A DNA stretch of 64,000 nt. It comes from the human T2T-CHM13v2.0 reference genome, Homo sapiens. Numbering within the stretch: the first letter of the stretch is position 1; each line of letters starts with the position of its first letter. Shown here piece by piece: positions 55,261-64,000 of the stretch. Both the position numbers and the translations under genes were made by a program. The stretch is from NCBI RefSeq assembly GCF_009914755.1, contig NC_060932.1. The stretch is one strand, 5' to 3'. Below the pieces are notes generated by a model. It was not told where the DNA came from, made no database searches, and saw nothing but the letters and a program-made list of their open reading frames with translations.

Positions 55261-58200
55261 CCGAGGCCGAGAGGAAGAGGGAGGCGGCCTCCGACCCGCC
55301 GCCAGCGGCGGGCAGCGCCCGGACTTTGTGAATGGAGCGCGCGGCGCCTTTCGCCGTCTACCCGCGGGCCCAGCCTGCGCCGCGCCTCCAGCCCGACACC
55401 GGCACCTGTGCCGCCGCTGCACCCCGCCGCTAGGCGGGCGGCGCCAAAGGAAATAGCCGGCTGAGGAGGCCAGGGCTCGGGTTTGAGCTTTCATCCCTTG
55501 GCACCTTCGCGCTTCCCCGCGTGACAGCCCCGTAGGTTTTTCCCGGTTACCCAAGTGGAGAGGGGACCGGAGCGCTGCTGCCCACCCAGCGGGGCCTGAC
55601 ACCTCCTAGCCCCAGACTCCCCGTGCGCTTTCGGCCCGGCCAGTCCTTTCTGAATATGCGATTCCTGAGACGTTAGCGTATGCATTAGCGTGATCGATTT
55701 TCATCTAAAGCCATTAAATCAGTTTTATAGCTTCCCCAAGAACGTGGGCAACCCCCTGCTTGGAAGATGAAAGAGAAAGTCCTCCCGCCCGAAGCCCAGG
55801 ATCGGAGTGAGGTGTGGGGTTTGTTGCTTTACTACCCAAAGGGAGGCATTAATTGCCGGAATGGTGTTCCGAGGGAGGAGAGCAGGCTGCGCTCCTGTCC
55901 ACGCTTCCTAAAAGATGTTTATTTAACCCTGGTCGGGGGAAAAACAAGGTTTTCGGGTTTGGGAAACGTCTTCACCCTATCTTGCATAGTTGTGAATTAT
56001 CCTTTCAGGAAATGACAGGGTCCACATTTGTTGCGGAGCTGGACCCTGGAAAATGTACCCGCAAAGAATGACCTTTTGAAAGGACTTCAGCAGCTCTGGG
56101 TCCGATTCATGTTTCTGGGCATCCCTTTTTCCTGGTCACGTAGCAGCCCTCCCCATCCCCATTTCTCTTTTGCATTTAATTTCCCAGAGGCGGCTTTTGG
56201 CTGGGGGTTTGTGCACGCACGCGGTGGGGACCGTGCAGAAGCCAAAAATCATTCGCCCGACATCTTGCCAAGTCTTGTTAGTGAGAATTAATCACAGAGC
56301 AAGGGAGTTACAGGACTCGCTCGCAGTTTCGGAGGCTGCAGAGTAGCGTATTCCATTCCGGGGCGCGCGTGGAAGCCCGACCCAGGCAGCGAGGGCACCG
56401 GTACCCGCCGGGTCTCTCCCGCCCAAGCTCACCCTCTCCCCATGCCTTTGTTCCGGGCGGAGCGGCTTTCCCGAGCTCTCACCTCCGGTCCCGGGGGCCA
56501 TCCCTGCACTCCCCGACCGGAGCTCGGCGGAGCCTCCACTTCCGAGACCTTCGACTGGCCTCGTCCCCCACTGGGCCCCGAATGCCTCGACCCCCGGGCC
56601 CTACTCGGATGAGCTGTAGGGGCACCGCTTGGGCAAGGTGATATTTCCTTTTGCTCCGGGCTCCAAAATGGCTTACGATGGCACTGCACGGATCCTTTCT
56701 CTTTTTAAAATTTAGTATTTTATTCATCATGGATTTTTTGCATTTTTTTTTCTTTTAAAGAGGCATTGCATCAAGATATTTCTTTTGATTACTGACTTTT
56801 CGGCGCCCTTCTTAAATGTTGCGCTCAAGGCTTGTGCTCACCCTAGTCCAGGCCCTGGAAGGAGCCACAACTGTGGACTGACCGAGGCTGCCCGGTGGCA
56901 GGACCCTGGGCGTCGGGCACTCCGGGTGGGAGATCAGTGGTCAAAGCCGCACGGCGTGGCCTCCCTGTGGGGAGGGCAAAAGGTGTCTGAGTCCAGTTTC
57001 CCATTCTGCTGAATGGGACTGTGGGGGTCTATCTAATAACTCGCTTTCGATAAGGAGCAAGGAGCCCCAGGGGCCCCGACAGTCCAAGGCTGATTTTGCT
57101 TTCCCGGGTTGCTCTCCAGCAGCTCAGAAATCCGCCGCCTGCCAGGACCCAGGGCCGGAGCTCTCCCGGCGCAAGTAAACACTGATTCCTTTACAAAGGC
57201 TTTAACAAGACATTTCTGGGAAAAGCCTCTCAGGAGGCAGGTCCGGGCCAATTTCACGCGTGTCGCAGGAGCTGGGGAGACGTCCCTGGGGCGCACGGGT
57301 CGCGCTCTGGGCCAGCTTTTGTCTACCCTGTTCTGGGGTCGCCTTCCCCGCCGGACCCGCGCCTGGCGCTCACGTGGCCAGTAAATAACAGTCAAATCCA
57401 GGGGGAGGAAAATGCCCATAGAACAAAGAGGCTTGCTTTCTGCACCTGACAGTAATCGCTGGTGGAGAAGCCCTAAATCCCGCAGGCGATTCACACGGAA
57501 AGGGGTGTGGGAGGGCGCGTGTGAGTGTGTGTGTCCACGTGTGCGTGCCCGCGCCTACGCGGCTGTTCACTGGAAGGGAGTCACAGCTTGGGACTTAATG
57601 TGTTTAAGCCGAGAGCCACTTGAATTGCGAAAGCGAAGGCCTGATTTTTAAAAAAGACTAATTTTTAAAATCCACACCCCATTGCCAACTCAGGAATTGG
57701 CCTTCAGTTGTGTGAATTTCAGCAAAGGAGATTTAAGTTACCATATTGTATTTATCGGGATACTGTGTAAACACCCTAGATATATATTTTTTAATTGTAT
57801 GTTTGTGAACCATTGGTCCACAGTTAAATGAGTACAACGCGAGGGCTACTCCATGCCGGCTATAGATAAAACCTGTCTCCAATTCGTCTGCAGTCTGTGG
57901 ACGAAACATAACCATTTTAAACAGGAACCTTGTGAAACAGCTTGTCAATGAGCAGATCTTGGAGAAAACAAAGGCAATTTGGAGCAAGACACGGAATGTC
58001 ATTTCAAAGTTAATTTAATTAACTAAGGCATATTTGTAGGAATTGGGATGGGATTGCCCAAGGAGAGGTCTTTTATTTATATTCAGCAGTAAACCTCGGG
58101 GTGAAAGAACTTTTAAAAATTCGCTGTGACAAGTAAATCCAGCTTCTCTTTCATCAGTCAGTCCTTAGACCGACCTTATTAGTCACTGTCAGGCTCCAGC

Positions 58201-58867
58201 AAAACACCTGCTCTTGTTTAGGAACATTTCTTTCCAATTAGGAAGTTGTATGATCGGGGAATCTAAAGCCCGGAGTAGAATCCCCAGAGAGAAGTACAGC
58301 TTCTATTCTAGTTTTGATGCCAACCTCTGACTCACTGCTCTGTCCCAAAGTGCCTGAATAAAACTTGCCTGAAAAATCATTAATGAATTAATTAAGGTGG
58401 TGATGGAAAGAAAAGTCCTGTGGCTTTTCCTTTCTTGAGCAAAGAGGCAGCCTTGCTATTACGTCGAACTGGAACAGGAATAATCCATTTTGCACAGATC
58501 TTGTTGGTTAGGCTTCTTAGATCAACTAATTAGGGAACTTGCCCCCTGGTAGTGGGAAGGCTCAAAAGAACTGGGAGACCCTCTCCTGCTCCTGAAAGCA
58601 GAGAAGCCTGTGGTCTACACAGCGTGTTCTTAGGCAACGTTTAGAAATGGAATTGAGAAATGCCTGTCCTTCCCTACGTACCTCTGCCCATCAAGTCAGG
58701 ACTGAAAGCGAAGGAAAGTCTTCAAAGTTCACACTGAACCTAACCAAAAACTCTCAAAGACATAGCCTGAGGATTTCTTTTTTTAAGTCCTGACTTTGTT
58801 ACAGATCTTTTTTGTTTTCTATGCTTGATACTCTAGCACTTATTAATGATTTAAAAGGCTATGTATC

Positions 58868-59185
<318 letters not shown>

Positions 59186-59269
59186 AGATTAAGTTTCTAA
59201 CCCAGGGTCTCTGCAGAAAGGTTTTAATGCATTGCTTTATTTACTGCTTTATTTTAAAACTATTCAATC

Positions 59270-59410
59270 TAGGCTATGCCACCATCTAGCTTGGTGGCCT
59301 TGGGCAAGACAGTCTCCTTTGGCCTCACTTTCTTCACCTGCAAAATGAAGAGTTTGGGCAGGATGGTTTCTCAGGTCTGGTCTATTTCCGACCCTGTATG
59401 ATTCTGAGCA
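59270..59410. mobile_element. MIR fragment
   Basis: CCTTGGGCAAG...GGCCTCACTTTCTTCACCTGCAAAATG resembles the MIR core. Confidence 0.6.
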
Positions 59411-59688
59411 GAAGAAGACTTCTCAGCTCCGAGTCCAAGTTTCATAGGTTTCCCATCTCGCCCTCTGAAGAGCCAAGCACACTATAATGCCATAAGATAA
59501 AGGACGATCTCTAGCTCCTCCTTGTCCCTGCTTTAGAATATAAACTCATGGACAGCAGAGCTCATAGTTTTTATTTATTTGTTTAGTCACGTGCTAACGT
59601 CCCAAGCATTTTGATAAAACGTCTTCAAAATTTCAGAAACAAATTTTGGAAAGAAACACTTCTCCAAACGGGATAAAAATGAACTCGG

Positions 59689-59990
<302 letters not shown>

Positions 59991-61664
59991 ACTAGGTTAT
60001 TTGGGGTCACTCTAGCTGTGCAGATTCTCTTATTCATTCAACAAACGTGCTAGACTCAGCAAGAGGTGCGGGAAGTAGGGGGACAGATTTGTCCAAAACA
60101 CTGTGCCTTCAAAAAGCTGACAGTCTCATTGGTCTAGTCAGGGTGTGATTGCCACTGTACATTGCCAGAAAGCAGGATCTAACAAAGTGTCATTAGAGAA
60201 CAAACAGCATGCCAGGAAGATTCAGAAGAGAAAGGGATGGAGCCGTGTTGTGAGATTAGGGAAATGGAGGAAAAGGCCATCATGAATAAAGTGCATTTCA
60301 TCTACTTAAATGTTATCCTTGAAATGTCCTTGAGTTCTCTTGTAGGTTTTTTTTTTTTTTAAACTGTTATCTCACCTCTGACATTCATTCTGCCCTTGTG
60401 CCTTGTATTCTTTTCCTTTCATTTGTTAGCATCTCTCTTCCCCAGTGGGTTTGCCTGCTAAAAATAGATGAGCAATTGGTGTGAAACTACAAGGGAGCTA
60501 AGATGATGCAAAAGCTCTGTAGAAAATCTGTGCCATGGATGAGCAACCGACCTAGATGGTAGCTGACCTAAGTAAGGGCCCGACTCTTTCATTGCCATCT
60601 TAAGCAAGTCAGTTGTTCTGTACTTTGATTTTACCATCTGTAAAACAAAGGAAAAATAATGTAATTATTGTTTACATTTTATATTTACTTTTTTCAGGAC
60701 AACAAAATGTCTAAATCACCTTTCCAAGGCTTCAACAATGAATGTATTTTCCAAATCAATGTTGGAGTACATGGTCAGAAAAGATGTCTTTTGGACTTGT
60801 GAAATTACTTATATAAAAATTCTTACCAAGATGGAAGCATAAAAAACACATTTATTTATATGTTTACTAAATCTTCTTTTATTGAAAACAATAAGACAAC
60901 CTGAAAGCAAGTCTATCAGAGAAAATCTGGGACTTATGTCTTCACTGACAAAATAATAAATGAGACAAAGTGATAGAAGACCTTTGTCATGACACCTGTT
61001 TGCTACCAGAGCCCCAGGCCATCGTCATCCACTGATGTCTCCACATTAATTCTGCAGAGGTCCTGGACAGTCTTCTCTGCCCTGTCTAATGGTCAGTTAA
61101 TTCTCCTTGTAAGCACATCATGGCTGACCAGGTGCTGGACCGCGCAAAGAAAGGTGTCAGAGCTTTCAGCTTAAGCCTTGATTGGGTGGTGAGTAGGTCT
61201 CCTGCAGCTAATCAGTGGCTTTAGAAACCCTGGAGTCCTTCAGAAACCCTAAAGTTCTTCCTTCTGATTTTTCTGGTAGACCAAAGGAAAAGGCCAACAA
61301 CAAACAATTTCTAAATAAGAAATTTCCACCTTAGCTAAAAGCAAAAGGCCTTTGATACTCTATAAGATTGATCAACTCACTTCAGTTGAAATAATGGTTT
61401 TCTGAAGTCAAGGCATGAACAGCCTTTCCCCACTGGATGGGATGCTCAGATTACCAGCCCTGGAATGAAACAAAAGGAGAAGACTGTCTCACCCCACACT
61501 TCTCAACCATTGGCCATTCTGAGATGACACCTGCAGAGCCACAGCCCCACCTGCCCGAGCACCCACGGGTGCCTTGGTCATCCTGCACCATGGAGCTGCT
61601 TGTCTCTCCTCTGTGTAATCTAATCTTCTATGAGTCCAGTTTTTACATGTTTAAATTTCTTTTC

Positions 61665-62105
61665 CTTTTGTTTTTAGTTTACACATAATAATTGTACATA
61701 TTTATGGAATACAGACTGATATTTTCATACATGTATCTACATTGTGTAATGATCAAATCAGGGTAATTAGCATATCCATCACCTCAAATATTGATCACTT
61801 CTTTGTCTTGGGAACACTCAAAATCGTCTCTCGTAGCTCTTTCAAAATATACAATAAATTCTTGTTAACTATATTCACCCTACGGTGCTATAGAACACAA
61901 GAACTTATTCATCCTATCTGGCTGTAATTTTGTATTCTTTAAGCAACCTCTCCCCATCTTCCTCTCCCTCATCTAATAACATTCTCAGCCTCTAATAACC
62001 ACAACTCCACTCTCTACTTCCATGAGCTCAACGTTTTTTTAGCCCCCACATATGAATGAGGACATGCAGTATTTATCTTTCTGTGCCTGACTTATTTCAT
62101 TTATG
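61665..62105 (-). mobile_element. L1 3' end (L1MA-like)
   Basis: ATAATTGTACATATTTATGG...ATCAAATCAGGGTAATTAGCATATCCATCACCTCAAA resembles an antisense L1MA 3' UTR. Confidence 0.8.
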
Positions 62106-62617
62106 TAATCTAATTTTAAAACAATTATTTGGGCTCTCCGGAATCAGTAATACAAAAAGAATACAGCAAAATGTGCTGTTTTCTTTTGCAGAAAAGAATT
62201 ATAGTCTCTCTCTACGTTTTCCATTGGAATTAGCATAACAGTCCTCAAGGGTTTACCCACTGAGGGAGACACCAAGAGTCCCCTTTAAGCAGAGGGTAAT
62301 TACATCCTGCTATTCAGCCCATTTACTGGAGGTTAACTCATTAGCACCCCGCCAACTCCGTTTTTAATCTAATCTATTTCTCTATCTCCTCCCCTAGACT
62401 CACAATGCTGTGTGTCCTCTCTGTTGCACCTAAAACTCTTCATCAAGTAACCAGGCGAAGAGGTCTGTCTTCTCTTCCAGAAGCCCAAGATCCCTTTTCC
62501 AAGGACTGTCTGGATGCCCCTGCCTTGAATCTGAGTTTTATCTTCTGCAGACCTGGGCTTAATTTGCTGCTCTGAAAAAGGACACAGGCTCTGTAGCCAG
62601 ACAGATGTGGGTTTTGA

Positions 62618-63009
<392 letters not shown>

Positions 63010-64000
63010 GGAATGTTATTAACACCTAGATTCATCATTGGGAACATTTTCAAAAAATGTATTATTATTCCTTATTCCTTTCTCTTAGACAATTTTTTCT
63101 TTTTAAGCTGAGAGGTGTCAATAGGGCAACATTTCTGATTTATACATTGTTTTCTCCATGGAGTTGCATTTGGCAAAACTCCAGGTGCATGGAAACACAC
63201 AGGTGGGTCTTTGTGCCATCAGGCTGGGCTGCTCAGTGGGCCCAGCTGTTAGTCCACGTGTTTGCCTGTGGGTCAACAGAACAGGAAAGGCTCCTGGATT
63301 CTCTCTGTTGCTTTCCATCCACCTGGACTGCTCCACCTCCTATCCTCTCTGTCTCCTTGATTCAACTCGATGCTACCCTCATTTATCCAAGCAGAGAAAG
63401 GTGCTCCTTTCCTCTTTTAGTTTTCTCTCACCCTTCCTTCTTTTCACATCTATTTCTTACTGTTTCCTGCACAGTGCTTGTCTTTTCTCTGACATTGTAT
63501 GAGCAATTTCTTTGATACAATGGTAGTCTCCAATTATGCTACTGGGCAAGCCAGCCTAGAGGTTGTGGAACAGAAAGGCTCTCAGACCAACTTAAGTCAC
63601 TCATATCGCAAGTTTTATTGAATCAGCTGAAAATATCCAGTACTTTCAAGGGGAAAGATGTGAGAAAGGTTCACCCACTTAGCTTAAGGTGCAAGCAGGT
63701 GGCAGGACCACACGACCCGATCCTCAGTGACTCAGTGTTCATGTGACCGGTGTTCTCTTCTACATTGACCTTCCAAGCTCATGGGGTAGTTACTTTGGAA
63801 CAAGGAGGCTCTGCAGAGAAAACTGCCTGAAGCCAAAATGATCTTGCTCTACCAGAGAGATAAAGGGGCAAGTATGCCTGGCCAATAAAGAGCTTGCTAA
63901 ACAGCCATTGCTTTTCTCTGTGTTTCTAGACAAAGCTCATGTGGGGAGAGATGGGATTAATGTAGTTTCACCAATGATGGCTGATTCAGCAATAATGTGC

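Larger units (their letters stand above)
52180..57560. promoter_or_regulatory. CpG island spanning DUSP4 exon 1, promoter and flanks (boundaries approximate)
   Basis: Visibly high GC and CpG density compared with the flanks. Confidence 0.85.

Noticed and set aside
51930-57650. Numerous 60-257 aa ORFs in the CpG island, including the antisense ORF 54388-55161
   Set aside because: Expected in GC-rich DNA; low-complexity Arg/Pro/Gly/Ala content and no recognisable domain.

Overview
Primate genomic DNA, most likely human or great ape: the DUSP4 (MKP-2) locus. The right half holds the complete minus-strand DUSP4 gene. It has four coding exons (433+146+220+386 nt = 394 aa), an alternative first coding exon giving a 303-aa form, two poly(A) signals, a CpG-island promoter and ordinary Alu/L1/MIR/MER repeats. 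The left half (about 1.1-33.1 kb) is a diverged, palindrome-built SATR1/SATR2-type satellite array with several unit variants and orientation flips. Two proviruses sit inside it with clean target-site duplications: an LTR12C/ERV9 element and a deleted betaretrovirus-like HERV-K (HML) element, which itself carries a solo LTR6-like LTR. I see no new protein-coding system. The most unusual signals are the self-inverting satellite with its nested, datable insertions and several small structures in and near the DUSP4 3' UTR. Repeat family names come from recalled consensus sequences and need RepeatMasker/Dfam confirmation.
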